A stretch of 64,000 nucleotides of DNA from Planctomycetota bacterium (GTDB lineage: Bacteria; Planctomycetota; MHYJ01; WSZJ01). Under the pieces are notes generated by a model, which had not been told where the DNA came from, ran no database searches, and saw only the letters and a list, made by a program, of their open reading frames with translations. A program made the position numbers and the translations under genes. Positions 10,425-21,241 of the stretch are shown one piece after another (position 1 is the stretch's first letter; each line of letters starts with the position of its first letter). The DNA is taken from contig JBBTCT010000012.1 in the NCBI GenBank assembly GCA_038060895.1, forward strand, positions 126,210 through 190,209, written 5' to 3'.

Positions 10425-12166
10425 GGCTTGAACACGATTCCCCTTTCCTGGAGGAGCGTCCTGACCTGGCGGGCGGCCCCGGGAAGGCCGGGGTCGCTGA
10501 TGATGAGGTCGGCAGCGAGTTCCGAAGCGTCCGCGCCACCGGCGCTGACTACCAGGACGCGCCCGGCGCCGACCTGTTCCCGGATCATGGACAGCTCTTC
10601 CGGTTCCAGGTCCGCGAATCCCGCGATGACGATGATGCCGGAGTCGAGCAGGAGGTTCGCGCACTCGACGAGCCTGTCAATCGACCTGGCAGAATTCGAC
10701 TTCGCTTCGATGCAGGTCACGATGTGCCCGGCCTCGAAAGTGCTTTCCTCGACCTGCCTGGCGAAACCGCTTCCGCCCGCGACGACCACGAGGGCGGCGC
10801 GCTGGTGGTATCGCTCGGCGCGACGCGACGCGAGGATTGACCCGGGCCTGGAGGACTCACGACGGGGCGTGGCGTTCTTCGTGGAGCCGGGAAGGGCTTC
10901 CCTCACGATGCCGCCGCCGCGGATTTCGAAATCCTCGACCAGGACGAAGCGGCTCGTGGTGGCGAGGTCGCTGGCGAGGTCGAAAGCGATCGGGCGGCTG
11001 GTCTGGAGCGTGCACTCGGCGACCTCGTGGCGATCGACGCGATCCTTTGCGTCGTCGACCTTGAGCGTCGAGGCGTCGAGCACGCGGTGGATATCCTCGA
11101 CGCGGACGGGGACGCGGGTGGTTCCCAGCTTCAGCATGTATTCCTTCTGCTTCACGAGCGGTTCGCGCCCGAGCCAGAAGATGCTGGCTTTCAGCCGCGT
11201 CGCGACCTGCGGCCTGGGCTGTCCGGCCACGGTCGCAATCTCGCCGCGCGCCACGTAGAGCTGCTCCGCGAGGGTGAACCCGGTCGCCTCCCCCGCGCTC
11301 GCGGTCAACTGCGGTTTACGGCTGAAGCCCTCGATCGAAGCGACCCTGGCCTTTTTGCCCGAGGGATAGAAGACGACGTCGTCTCCCGCGGAGACGCGCC
11401 CCGCGTCGATGGTTCCGGCCACGATGCGCCGGTCGTCGCCCTGTCCGGTGAATTTGTAGACGTCCTGAACCGACAGCCGGAACGGCTTGTCGGCGTCGGG
11501 CGCTTCCGACCTGAACCGGTCCAGGGTCTCGAGCACCGTCGGTCCCTCGTACCACGGCATGGATTCGGCGTGGCAGGCGATGTTGTCGCCTTCGCGACCG
11601 CTGACGGGAATGAAACCGCCGGGTTCGACGCCGAGCTGGGTGAGAAAGGCGCGGAATTCGGCCTGGATTCGCTCGAAGACGGCGCGGTCATAGCCGACGA
11701 GGTCCATTTTGTTTACGAGGACGACGAGTTGCCGGATCCCCAGCATGCCCATCATGTAGCCGTGACGCCGGGAGTTTTCGCGGACGCCTTCCTTGGCATC
11801 GATCACGAGGAGGGCGGCCTCTGCGCGTGCCGCGCCGGTGATGAGGTTGCGGAGGAATTCGATGTGGCCGGGGGCGTCGATGAGGATGCACGGGCGCTGG
11901 GCGGTCTTGAAGAATACGCGCGCCGCGTCGATGGTAATGCCCTGTGCCTGCTCGTCCTTGAGGGCGTCGAGAAGGAAGGCGTATTCGAACGGCTTGGAGT
12001 TGCGTTCGCAGCGGGCGCGGACCTGTTCGAGTTTTCCTTCCGGCAGGGACCGTGTGTCGGCGAGGAGACGGCCGATGATCGTGCTTTTGCCGTGATCGAC
12101 GTGGCCGCCGATGACGAGGTTCAGGCAGCGATGATCCGTGGCGGGTGGGGCCGTTGCGGTGAGCAT
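10418..12166 (-). CDS. cysN: Sulfate adenylyltransferase subunit 1 (GTPase) with degenerate C-terminal APS-kinase-like remnant
   Basis: [27 protein letters not shown]; C-terminal region resembles CysC but has no intact P-loop. Confidence 0.9.
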
Positions 12167-12242
12167 GGCGGTATGTTTACCAATTTAGTCATGATTCGCG
12201 CAAGCACTAATCTCGCACGCTCTTTGGCTTCCACTTCCCCGG

Positions 12243-12749
12243 TCACTTCGCCAATTCCGGGTTCTTCTCTTTGAACTCGGACATCGAAACCGCCGCAATC
12301 TCCAGCACGTCCCACTCCGCGGCAGCGTATTTCTCCGCCAGCTTGGACTTCTCATCCCCGACCGCCTTGTCAAACTGGCCGTCATTGCGGTACTTCGCCG
12401 CATCCATGAACTTGCGCACCGGCATGTCCCGCTTCCCGGTCTTGCGACGCACAATGATGAAGCGCAACTTCGGACGGCCGCGCCACCACTCGCCGAGAAG
12501 CGGGCGCGGACCGCCACTGCAGGCTTCGAATACCTCCAGACTCTGGCCGTGCTGTTCGAAGAGACGCACAGACTCCTTCCCGAGAGCGTCCTCGAGGGCT
12601 TCGGCAGCGGCGAATTTCTCGGAGTCGAGGACGGACGTCGCGACGATCCCGCCGTCGGAGGGGCGACGGACGATCAGGAAGCGAAACCGGGTTTCTACTG
12701 TGTACCACATGGCGTGCCAGGGGGCCTGCGAGTTGGTGAGGGGGAACAC
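12243..12749 (-). CDS. Hypothetical protein with an internal two-fold repeat
   Basis: Fills the gpsA-cysN gap; duplicated motif RFLIVRR / RFIIVRR; start may be 12710. Confidence 0.6.
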   Translation of the reverse strand: MFPLTNSQAPWHAMWYTVETRFRFLIVRRPSDGGIVATSVLDSEKFAAAEALEDALGKESVRLFEQHGQSLEVFEACSGGPRPLLGEWWRGRPKLRFIIVRRKTGKRDMPVRKFMDAAKYRNDGQFDKAVGDEKSKLAEKYAAAEWDVLEIAAVSMSEFKEKNPELAK

Positions 12750-12811
12750 TCATTATCACCCGCCGCTGCGGATTGCAACGGAACAATGACCGACGCGTGC
12801 GCCTGCGCCCC

Positions 12812-13864
12812 TTACTTCGATCCGCGATGCACCGCAGAAACCCGGCGAGGCTTCCCTGCCGGCGGCTCGAAGTCCTCGATTTCGCTCTTCGCCCCGCGCC
12901 CCATGAGATCGGCAACGGCATGACGCGGATCCTTGTCCTCGAAGAGCACGGCGTGCACTTCCTCCACGATCGGCAGGGACACGCGGCACCGCCGGGCAAG
13001 CGCGAGCACGGAGCGCGTCGTTTCGACGCCCTCAGCAACCATTTTCATTTCCGCGAGAATCTGCGACAGCTTCTTTCCCTTCCCGATCGCGAGTCCCACG
13101 CTCCGATTGCGGCCCCACGGCGAGTAGCACGTCGTGACCAGGTCGCCCAGTCCGCTGATGCCGTAAAACGTGGTCATGCGCGCGCCGAGCGCGAGGCCGA
13201 GGCGCGAAATTTCCACGAGTCCTCGCGAAAGCAGGGCCGACTTCGCGTTGTCCCCGAGCCCCAGCCCGTCGCAGATTCCCGCGGCGATCGCGATAACGTT
13301 TTTCACGGCGCCGCCGAGCTCGACACCCTTCACGTCGGTATGCGAGTACACGCGAAACCGGTCGGTCATGAACGCACGCTGAACCGTGCGGGCCAGGGCG
13401 TGGCTCGTGCTGGCCGCGACCACCGTCGTCGGGAGGCGACGGGCGACTTCCTCGGCATGCGAGGGGCCGCTCAGCACGCAGACGGGCACCCGGCCGAGGA
13501 CATCCCGCACGACTTCCGAAACCCGCTTCTGCGTTCCCACCTCGATCCCCTTGACGACGCTGACGACAGGCAGGCTGCGCGGGAACGTCGCGGCAAGTGG
13601 CGTCAGCGACTTCCGGACGAACTGCGTCGGCACCGAGAGAACGAAAAGCTCCGCTTCCCGGAAATCGGGAGTGCCGCTGGCGACGGTGAGGTTCTCAGGA
13701 AGGTGTACGCCCGGGAGATACGGACGGTTTTCGCGCTCGCGCCGCAATTCGGCGGCAAATGCCGGCCGGCGCGCGTGCAGGACGGGGTGGCGCCCCGTCG
13801 CGCGCAGCACGAGGGACAGGGCGGTTCCCCAGCCGCCTGCGCCGAACACGATGACCTTTTTCAC
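12812..13864 (-). CDS. gpsA: NAD(P)H-dependent glycerol-3-phosphate dehydrogenase
   Basis: GAGGWGTAL, LSGPSHAEEV, GVELGGAVKNVIAIAAG, GLGDLVTTC, AEGV. Confidence 0.96.
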   Translation of the reverse strand: MKKVIVFGAGGWGTALSLVLRATGRHPVLHARRPAFAAELRRERENRPYLPGVHLPENLTVASGTPDFREAELFVLSVPTQFVRKSLTPLAATFPRSLPVVSVVKGIEVGTQKRVSEVVRDVLGRVPVCVLSGPSHAEEVARRLPTTVVAASTSHALARTVQRAFMTDRFRVYSHTDVKGVELGGAVKNVIAIAAGICDGLGLGDNAKSALLSRGLVEISRLGLALGARMTTFYGISGLGDLVTTCYSPWGRNRSVGLAIGKGKKLSQILAEMKMVAEGVETTRSVLALARRCRVSLPIVEEVHAVLFEDKDPRHAVADLMGRGAKSEIEDFEPPAGKPRRVSAVHRGSK

Positions 13865-13897
13865 GGGGCGCAAGTCTACGGATCTCCCCGGATTTTG

Positions 13898-14647
13898 TCA
13901 GGGAGTGGAAGAGGGCGGCGGAACGCCTCCAGCCGGAGAGGGCTTCTTTCCCAGGGTAATTCTCGGCTCCGTCCCCTTGAGAATGCGCTTCACGTTCCCC
14001 CGGTGCTTGTAGATGGAGAAGACCATGACGCCGATGGTGAAGAGCGTGACGCCGAAGCGGTCGCGGAAGGCTTCGGGGTCGAGGAGGACCTGGCCGCTGG
14101 CGAGGGCGATGACGGAGGCGATGGAGCCGACGGAGACGTACTTGGTCAGGACGGTGAAGATGACCCAGGCGGTGAAGGCGCAAAGGAGGGCCCAGGGCGC
14201 GGCGGCAAGGAATACGCCGGCTGCGGTCGCGATTCCCTTTCCGCCCTTGAACGCGAGATAGATCGGGTACATGTGCCCGGCGATGGCGCCGATGCCGAAG
14301 GCGACCTGGAGGACGACATCGGGGTGGGGAACGCCCGGGATAAGGCTTATGCCCCAGTGGTAATGGTGCACGAGCCAGACGGGCAGGAAGCCTTTCGTGG
14401 CATCGAGTCCGAGCGTGAGGAATCCCCAGACTCGACCGCAGGTGCGGCCGACGTTGGTGGCGCCGATGTTCCCGGAGCCGGCCTTGCGGACGTCGACGCC
14501 CCTCATCAGGCCGACAAGGAGCCCGAACGGGATGCTGCCGACGAAGTACATGGCGACCGCCGAGACGAACACGAGGGCGGCCTCTGAAGCGTTGATGATG
14601 GCGAGGTTCAAGGGCGCTAGTTTCGGCAGAAGGGTGCGAGTTTTCAA
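13898..14647 (-). CDS. plsY: Acyl-phosphate glycerol-3-phosphate acyltransferase
   Basis: GSIPFG, GSGNIGATNVGR, GHMYP..FKGGKGIAT, HRGNVKRI; true start probably somewhat downstream. Confidence 0.93.
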   Translation of the reverse strand: MKTRTLLPKLAPLNLAIINASEAALVFVSAVAMYFVGSIPFGLLVGLMRGVDVRKAGSGNIGATNVGRTCGRVWGFLTLGLDATKGFLPVWLVHHYHWGISLIPGVPHPDVVLQVAFGIGAIAGHMYPIYLAFKGGKGIATAAGVFLAAAPWALLCAFTAWVIFTVLTKYVSVGSIASVIALASGQVLLDPEAFRDRFGVTLFTIGVMVFSIYKHRGNVKRILKGTEPRITLGKKPSPAGGVPPPSSTP

Positions 14648-14654
14648 GGGTTGG

Positions 14655-15026
14655 TCAAAATCGATTCGTGCCGTGTCCGCCTTCTACGTCCACAACGTCC
14701 TCGGCCCGGGCCACCTCGAGCACGTCCCTCAGAACGCCCTGGTCATCGTTCTCCGCAGGGAAGGTCTGCAGGTCCGTGACGGAGTAAACGTCCCCGTCGA
14801 CTTCGAAGGCTTCGATGTCGGCCGATGTGAAGCCGACCTGATCGTGGAACACGTTGTCGTCGTGGAGAACAAGGCCACCCTGGGAATCCGGCCGGGGCAT
14901 GAAACGAGGCTGGGCGCTTACTTGAATTGCAGCGGATAAACACTGGGGCTGTTGCTGAACTTTGGGCCAACACGGGCGGAAGTGAAGAGGGTGGAGAGAA
15001 CTCGGGAGGAGGGGGCCACTGGTTGA
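14655..15026 (+). pseudogene. GxxExxY-family (PD-(D/E)XK-like) gene remnant
   Basis: VHNVLGPGHLEHVP..ADLIVE..VVENKA..YLNCSG*TLGLLLNFG: in-frame TAA at 14937-14939, motif Tyr lost, no clear start. Confidence 0.75.
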
Positions 15027-15134
15027 GTGGGGATCCTGGCTCCGCAGCAACGACTTCCAAAGGCGATGAAGGAGGATGAAAGAGGATAGGGCGAAGGCTC
15101 AAGCCCCTTCGCCCCTAAAGCCGAAGAATTCGAT

Positions 15135-15974
15135 ATGGAGGCGATCCCCGGTTACGTGATCGACCGCAAGCTTTCGAGCGGCGGCACGTCCGGCGTGTAT
15201 CGCGCGCTCGACCTCGAGAGTGGGCACCACATCGCGCTGAAAATACTCTTTCCGAAATGGGCTAAGGATCCGAGGGCGCTGGAGTTGATGGAGCGGGAGG
15301 CGTGGCTGCTGAAGTCGCTGAGCCATCCGAACGTGGTGCGTGGGTTGGCGTCGGGACACTGGCGGGGGCTGCACTGGCTGGCGATGGAGTGGATTGCGGG
15401 GCCGACGGCGCTGGAGCGGGTGCATCGCGGAGGGCCGCTGTCGACGGCCGCGGTGCTCGAGCTCGGGCGGCAGCTGGGCGAAGCGGTGCGCCACCTGGGC
15501 CGGCGCGGGATCGTGCACGGGGACATCAAGCCGGCCAACGTGCTGCTTGCGCCCGGGGGCGTGGCCAAGCTGTGCGATTTCGGATTCGCGCGGGTCCGGC
15601 GCGCGGGAGTGGCGGACGAGGAAGCCGTCTTCGGGACGGTCGCGTACGCCGCGCCGGAGCAGATGGAGGGAGAACCGGGGGTGGATTCCCGCGCGGACCT
15701 GTACGGCCTCGGCGCGACGCTCTTCCACATGGTGACCGGGAAGATGCCGCCGCTTCCCGACAAGTGGGGGGGTCTGCCGGTGATGGCCGGCGTGGCGCGA
15801 GAGGTCAAGTGGATCGTGCAGCACCTGATGGCGCCGAGCCTGAAAGATCGCTACGGCTCGGCGGAGTTACTCCTGGGGGACCTTGGCCACCTGCGCGATC
15901 TGCGCGAGGGAAGAGCGAGGCCTCGCCCTGTGCCGTCCCGGGTTCGAGACGAGTTCCACTGGGAATTCAATTAG
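15135..15974 (+). CDS. Stand-alone Ser/Thr protein kinase
   Basis: IALK, HGDIKPANVLL, DFG, GTVAYAAPEQ, DLYGLG. Confidence 0.88.
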   Translation: MEAIPGYVIDRKLSSGGTSGVYRALDLESGHHIALKILFPKWAKDPRALELMEREAWLLKSLSHPNVVRGLASGHWRGLHWLAMEWIAGPTALERVHRGGPLSTAAVLELGRQLGEAVRHLGRRGIVHGDIKPANVLLAPGGVAKLCDFGFARVRRAGVADEEAVFGTVAYAAPEQMEGEPGVDSRADLYGLGATLFHMVTGKMPPLPDKWGGLPVMAGVAREVKWIVQHLMAPSLKDRYGSAELLLGDLGHLRDLREGRARPRPVPSRVRDEFHWEFN

Positions 15975-16101
15975 AGCGCGAGCTGCGTTCCGGTAGAGGG
16001 GACAGGCCACGGGAATGTCGCGCTTCGCAGCCCGCCGCCCCCGATCGCCGTAAGTCGAAGAGCCGCAATATCTTAGGCCGCCGATCGACTGCCAATTCCG
16101 C

Positions 16102-16130
16102 TTGACACTCCGGGCCTGCCTCGGCATAAT
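16102..16130 (+). promoter_or_regulatory. Sigma-70-type promoter of the nusA operon
   Basis: TTGACA-17 nt-CATAAT. Confidence 0.75.
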
Positions 16131-16180
16131 GCGCGGCCCGGCAAATGAAGTGCCTGAAACAAGCCGGCATGTCGTATCGC

Positions 16181-16210
16181 AAAAGTGGGAGAAGTGCTTC
16201 CCACTTTTTT
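16181..16210 (+). promoter_or_regulatory. rimP/nusA-leader-like hairpin (possible attenuator)
   Basis: AAAAGTGGGA-GAAGTGCT-TCCCACTTTTTT between the promoter and nusA. Confidence 0.6.
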
Positions 16211-16297
16211 GTTTGGCCGCGGCGGGATTCCGACGCGGTGCCGTTCGGCAGAAAGAGACGGAAATCGTGACCGGTGGCCGTGATTAAGGAGGCACCC

Positions 16298-17794
16298 ATG
16301 AACGGCGAACTCCTCCGGATCGTGGACAGCATTCATCGCGAAAAAGGCATCGATAAGGAAATCATTATCGAGGCCCTGGAGTCCGCGTTGCTCTCGTCCG
16401 TCCGCAAATACTTCGGCGTCGGCGAGGAATCGGAACTCTCCGTCAAGGTCGATCGCAACACCGGCGGCATCTCCACGAATTCAGGCCTGACCCTCGAGCA
16501 GCTCGGCCGCATCGCGGCGCAGACGTTCAAGCAGGTCATGATCCAGAAGTTCCGCGAGGTCGAGCGCAACCAGGTCTTCGGCGATTACGAGACCAAGAAG
16601 GGCTCCGTCATCGTCGGCTCGGTCCAGCGCTTCGAAGGCCCGCACATGATCGTCAACCTCAACAAAGTCGAGGCCGTCGTGCCGCGCTCCGAGCAGGTCC
16701 CCGGCGAGTCGTACCGCGTCGGCGACCGGATCCGCGCGCTGGTGGCCGAGGTGAAAAAGAAGGGCCAGAAGGTGCGCATCGTCCTCTCGCGCGCCAACGG
16801 CGACTTCGTCAAGAAGCTCTTCGAGGCCGAAGTCCCCGAAATCCAGGAACGCCTCGTCGAAATCCGCTCCATCGCCCGCGAACCCGGGTACCGCACCAAG
16901 ATCGCCGTCGCTTCCGTCAACGACAAGGTCGACGCCGTCGGGGCCTGCGTCGGCGTCCGCGGCGCCCGCATCAAGAACATCGTCGAGGAACTCAGCGGCG
17001 AAAAGGTCGACATCATCCGCTTCGAACTCGACCCCGCTTCCATGATCCGCAACGCGCTCAAGCCGGCGGAAGTCTCCGGCATCCTGGTGAACAAGGAAGA
17101 AAAACGCGCCCGCATCATCGTCACCAAGGACCAGCTTTCCCTCGCCATCGGCAAGCAGGGCCAGAACGTCCGCCTCGCTTCCAAGCTCACCCGCTGGGAC
17201 ATCGACGTCGTGTCGCAGGAGGAAGAGGCCCAGCGCGTGAACAGCGGCGGGGAGGCCTTCCCTGCCAAGAGGCGGGCCGGCATTCCGGAGGACCTGGGCG
17301 CGGAGGTCATCGGCGCTCTGGTCGAAGCCGGGTACGACACGCCGGAGTCCATCGCGGACGCCGGCGCCGAAGCGCTGTCGGAAATCCCGGGCTTCGACAT
17401 CACCAAGGCGGAGCAGGTCGTCACCCATGTCCGGCAGAAACTGCGGGACGGAATGGGGCAGCTTCTGCCGCCCCGTCCCGCGGTCCAGCATCACGGACTC
17501 GATCACAACACCGTCGAGCTGCTCACAACCGCCGGGTTTGACACGCTTGAAAAGATCGCCGAAGCCGGCATCGATGCGATCGCCGCCGTGCCGGGAATCG
17601 ACCGCAACCGGGCCGACCAGATCCTGAAACTGGTCGCCGAGCGCCTCGACGCCGACGCCGCTGCGGATCCGGGGACCGAAGAAGCGCCGGCGGAAGGCGA
17701 ATCCGCTCCGGGCGCCGAAGGCGAAATTGTGCCCGAACCGCCTGCCACCAGCAGCGCGGAAGGCACCGCTTCGGAGGGCGCCCCGCCCGCCTGA
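16298..17794 (+). CDS. nusA: Transcription termination/antitermination factor NusA with C-terminal HhH repeats
   Basis: GRIAAQTFKQV, AREPGYRTKIAV, GACVGVRGARI, LAIGKQGQNVRLA. Confidence 0.97.
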   Translation: MNGELLRIVDSIHREKGIDKEIIIEALESALLSSVRKYFGVGEESELSVKVDRNTGGISTNSGLTLEQLGRIAAQTFKQVMIQKFREVERNQVFGDYETKKGSVIVGSVQRFEGPHMIVNLNKVEAVVPRSEQVPGESYRVGDRIRALVAEVKKKGQKVRIVLSRANGDFVKKLFEAEVPEIQERLVEIRSIAREPGYRTKIAVASVNDKVDAVGACVGVRGARIKNIVEELSGEKVDIIRFELDPASMIRNALKPAEVSGILVNKEEKRARIIVTKDQLSLAIGKQGQNVRLASKLTRWDIDVVSQEEEAQRVNSGGEAFPAKRRAGIPEDLGAEVIGALVEAGYDTPESIADAGAEALSEIPGFDITKAEQVVTHVRQKLRDGMGQLLPPRPAVQHHGLDHNTVELLTTAGFDTLEKIAEAGIDAIAAVPGIDRNRADQILKLVAERLDADAAADPGTEEAPAEGESAPGAEGEIVPEPPATSSAEGTASEGAPPA

Positions 17795-17925
17795 TTCCCC
17801 CCGACCGACCGGCGGAGCTGAAGCGTTTCCCTTTTGTGCTTCCCCGCCGGGGCCCGCAAGGCCACAATTCCCTTTCTCAACCGATGCCGCTTCCGCGGCG
17901 CGGTCAGGCGTGAACCGGAGAATCA

Positions 17926-20490
17926 ATGCGGATCTACGAGCTGGCGAAGGAGCTGGGCAAAGAACCTGCAGAGGTCCGGGTGGTCGCACAGGAACTCGGC
18001 GCCCCGATCAAAACGAACTTCAACGTGCTGGAGGAGCCCTTCCTCCAGCAGGTCCGGGACCGGTTTACGAAGCCGGCGTCCGCGAAACCGGCGGCGACGC
18101 CGCTTTCGGAGATCTCGATGCCTGCGCCGGCCAAGGCGGAGGTGAAAGCGGAGCCGCCGAAGGTTGCGGCGCCCGCGGCGAGCCCGTTCGGGCTGGTGTA
18201 CCGTCCGCCGCCAAAGGTCGAGACGACGATGAAACCGGCGATGAAGCCGGCGATCCACGAGATGAAGGAAGAGCCGCGGAAGCCCGCGCCGAAGGTGATG
18301 GCGGCGCCCGCGGTGTCGAAGCCGGTGCCGCATGCACCGAAGCCGGCGGTGAAGCTGGTACGGCCGGACACCAAGGGCGACGTGGTGATCACGAAGGGAG
18401 CCGTGCCGCCGGAGGGCGCCCATCCCGTTGCGGAGCTCGAGGCCGAGGACACGGTGGTGCGGATCCTCCGCCCGACCGAGGTCCAGCAGTACGAGAAAGC
18501 CGCGGAGGAAGAGGCGCGGGCGAAGAAGCTGGGCCTGAACAAGCCGCCCCCGCCGACCACGATGGTGCGCCGTCCCGGGCAGCGTCCCGGGCAGCAGCGC
18601 CCGGGGTTCCGCCCGGCCAATCGATCGACGTCCATCCGGGTGCTGGAAGAAGCGGTCGGGCGGCCGAAGCCGTCGCCGGCGCCTCCTCCTCCCGCGGCGG
18701 ACCGTCAGATCGAGGTGCCCGTGCCGATCTCCGTGAAAGACTTCTGCGCCCTGATCGGGATCAAGGCGAACCTGCTCCAGAAGAAGCTGCTGGAGCACGG
18801 GAAGATCGTGACGATCAACCACGCGCTCGACGCCGAGGACGCCGAAATGATGGCCCTCGAATTCAACCGCAACGTCCTCGTGAAGAAGGTCAAGTCGCAG
18901 GAAGAGAAGCACTTCGAGGACATCGCCGAAGCCCCTGACAAAGCGGAGGACCTGGTCCCGCGCCCGCCGATCGTGACGATCATGGGTCACGTGGACCACG
19001 GGAAGACGAGCCTCCTGGACCGGATCCGGAGTGCGAACGTGGCGGCCGGAGAGTCCGGCGGCATCACGCAGCACATCGGCGCGTACAAGGTTGCGGCCCC
19101 CCAGGGCTCGGTCGTATTCCTGGACACGCCCGGCCACGAGGCGTTCACGGCGATGCGCGCGCGCGGCGCGAACGTCACCGATGTCGTGGTGATCGTGGTT
19201 GCGGCCGACGACGGGATGATGCCGCAGACGGAGGAGGCAATCGACCACGCGAAGGCCGCGGGCGCGACGATCATCGTGGCGCTGAACAAGATGGACAAGA
19301 AGGGGGCCAATCCCCAGAAGGTCATGCAGCAGGTCGCCAGCTACGACAACGCGCTGACTCCCGAGGAATGGGGCGGCAAGACGTATTTCGCGAAAGTCTC
19401 CGCGATCACCGGCGACGGTGTCCCGGACCTGCTCGAACGCCTCGCCCTCGAGACGCAGATTCTCGAGCTCAAGGCAAACCCCCGCCGCCCGGCATCCGGT
19501 GCGGTCCTCGAAGCGCGGATGACGGAAGGCAAGGGAGTCACGGCGACCCTGCTCGTCCAGAACGGCACGCTCAAAAAGGGCGACGTGATCCTCGCCGGCC
19601 GCGCTTACGGCCGCGTCCGCAACATGTACGACGACCACGGAGTCCAGATCGACGAAGCTCCGCCCGCGACCCCGATCATGGTCACCGGCCTCTCCGTCGT
19701 CCCCGATGCCGGCGACAAATTCCACACGTTCAGCGACGTGATCAAGGCGCGCTCCATCGCCGAGGAACGCGAGCACAAGGTCCGCGAAACCGCCATCCTC
19801 GGCCGCAGCCACATCAAGATGGAGAACCTGTTCCAGTCGATCGAGGCCGGCAAGCTGCGGGAAGTCCGCATCATCCTGAAGACGGACGTGAAGGGGTCGG
19901 TTGAAGTGCTGAAGAAGTCGCTCGAGGGAATCTCGACGAGCGAGGTGCGCCTGCGGATCATCCACGCGGGAGTCGGCCCGATCAGCGAGTCGGACGTCGT
20001 CCTCGCGGACGCCTCCGACGCGATCGTCCTGGGATTCCACGTGACGGCCGAGGAGCGCGCCCGCTCCGTCGCTTCGGAAAAAGGCGTTCAGATGAAGTTC
20101 TACGAGGTCATCTACCACATCGTCGAAGAGATGAAGCTGGCGCTGGAAGGCCTGCTCGAGCCGGACAAGGTCGAGAGCGTCACCGGCCACGCTTCCGTCA
20201 AGCAGATCTTCAAGATCTCGCGCTCCGGCAACATTTCCGGGTGTGTCGTGACCGACGGCAAGATGGAGCGCTCCTCGCTCGTGCGCGTCCGTCGCGGCGG
20301 CGAAGTTGTCCACACAGGGAAGCTGGAATCGCTGAAGCGCTTCAAGGACGACGTGAAGGAGGTCGCAGAAGGATTCGAGTGCGGCCTGCGCGTCGCCAAT
20401 TTCGAAACGGTCCAGCCTGGCGACGTGATCGAGGCTTACAAGATCGAGGAAGTTGCGCGGAAGCTGGAACGGAAGGCCGAGGCGAGGTAG
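17926..20490 (+). CDS. infB: Translation initiation factor IF-2
   Basis: [53 protein letters not shown]. Confidence 0.98.
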   Translation: MRIYELAKELGKEPAEVRVVAQELGAPIKTNFNVLEEPFLQQVRDRFTKPASAKPAATPLSEISMPAPAKAEVKAEPPKVAAPAASPFGLVYRPPPKVETTMKPAMKPAIHEMKEEPRKPAPKVMAAPAVSKPVPHAPKPAVKLVRPDTKGDVVITKGAVPPEGAHPVAELEAEDTVVRILRPTEVQQYEKAAEEEARAKKLGLNKPPPPTTMVRRPGQRPGQQRPGFRPANRSTSIRVLEEAVGRPKPSPAPPPPAADRQIEVPVPISVKDFCALIGIKANLLQKKLLEHGKIVTINHALDAEDAEMMALEFNRNVLVKKVKSQEEKHFEDIAEAPDKAEDLVPRPPIVTIMGHVDHGKTSLLDRIRSANVAAGESGGITQHIGAYKVAAPQGSVVFLDTPGHEAFTAMRARGANVTDVVVIVVAADDGMMPQTEEAIDHAKAAGATIIVALNKMDKKGANPQKVMQQVASYDNALTPEEWGGKTYFAKVSAITGDGVPDLLERLALETQILELKANPRRPASGAVLEARMTEGKGVTATLLVQNGTLKKGDVILAGRAYGRVRNMYDDHGVQIDEAPPATPIMVTGLSVVPDAGDKFHTFSDVIKARSIAEEREHKVRETAILGRSHIKMENLFQSIEAGKLREVRIILKTDVKGSVEVLKKSLEGISTSEVRLRIIHAGVGPISESDVVLADASDAIVLGFHVTAEERARSVASEKGVQMKFYEVIYHIVEEMKLALEGLLEPDKVESVTGHASVKQIFKISRSGNISGCVVTDGKMERSSLVRVRRGGEVVHTGKLESLKRFKDDVKEVAEGFECGLRVANFETVQPGDVIEAYKIEEVARKLERKAEAR

Positions 20491-20525
20491 GGCAGGCCCT
20501 TCGGCTCGCTTCGCTCGCTCAGGGT
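20489..20525 (+). repeat. Short REP-like palindromic element (CCCTTCG...GCTCAGGG type)
   Basis: AGGGCAGGCCCTTCGGCTCGCTTCGCTCGCTCAGGGT immediately after the infB stop. Confidence 0.45.
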
Positions 20526-20564
20526 GGACTGGCGTGGGCTTTGCCTCGCGGAGGGCTGGCGGTA

Positions 20565-20846
20565 ATGGTTGTGGGAACCATGCTGATCAGTGCTTTCATT
20601 GGCGAATCGCATTCGCTTAAGGACAAGCGGCACGTGCTGCGGTCCGTCAAAGACAAGGTCCATGACCGCTTCAATGTGAGCATCGCTGAGGTCGATGACA
20701 ACGACCTCTGGCAGAAGACCTCGCTGGGCATCGCGGTGGTTTCGAACGACACGAAGCACGCGCTGGAAGTCCTGCGCGAGGTCGAAAAATTCCTCAAAAC
20801 GCATCCCGGGCTTGTCGTGTGCTCGGCGGAGACGGAGATCCTCTGA
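20565..20846 (+). CDS. DUF503 (YlxP) protein
   Basis: SHSLKDKRHVLRSVKD..RFNVSIAEVDDNDLWQ; conserved position between infB and rbfA. Confidence 0.92.
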   Translation: MVVGTMLISAFIGESHSLKDKRHVLRSVKDKVHDRFNVSIAEVDDNDLWQKTSLGIAVVSNDTKHALEVLREVEKFLKTHPGLVVCSAETEIL

Positions 20847-21241
20847 TGGCACAGAACCACCGGCTGGCGATGATGGCGCGGGAATTCCTCCGGGAAATCT
20901 CGAAGATCGTGAACTTCGAGATGCAGGATCCCCGGATGAAGATGGTGACGATCACGAAGGTCGAGCCCGCGCCGGACGTGAAGACCGCAAAGGTGTTTTT
21001 CTCGATGCTCGCGGACGAAAAGGGCCGGGCGGAGGCCGTCCGGGCGCTTCAGGACGCGCGCAATTTCATCCGGGCGCAGCTGCGGGTGCGGATGAAGAGC
21101 GTGCGGTACATCCCGGAGTTGATGTTCAAGTTCGACCAGTCGATCGAGGGGTCGATCCGGATCTCGAAGCTCCTCGACAAGGTGGCGAAGGAACGCGCGG
21201 AGGCTGAGGCGTCGAAGAAAGAAGGGGGAAAGGAAGAATGA
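20846..21241 (+). CDS. rbfA: 30S ribosome-binding factor A
   Basis: DPRMKMVTITKVE..D.KTAKVF, RYIPELMFKFDQSIE. Confidence 0.95.
   Translation: MAQNHRLAMMAREFLREISKIVNFEMQDPRMKMVTITKVEPAPDVKTAKVFFSMLADEKGRAEAVRALQDARNFIRAQLRVRMKSVRYIPELMFKFDQSIEGSIRISKLLDKVAKERAEAEASKKEGGKEE

Noticed and set aside
14937-14939. Stop-codon recoding in the GxxExxY gene
   Set aside because: The stop is TAA at a non-catalytic position and the gene has other lesions, so it is a pseudogene.
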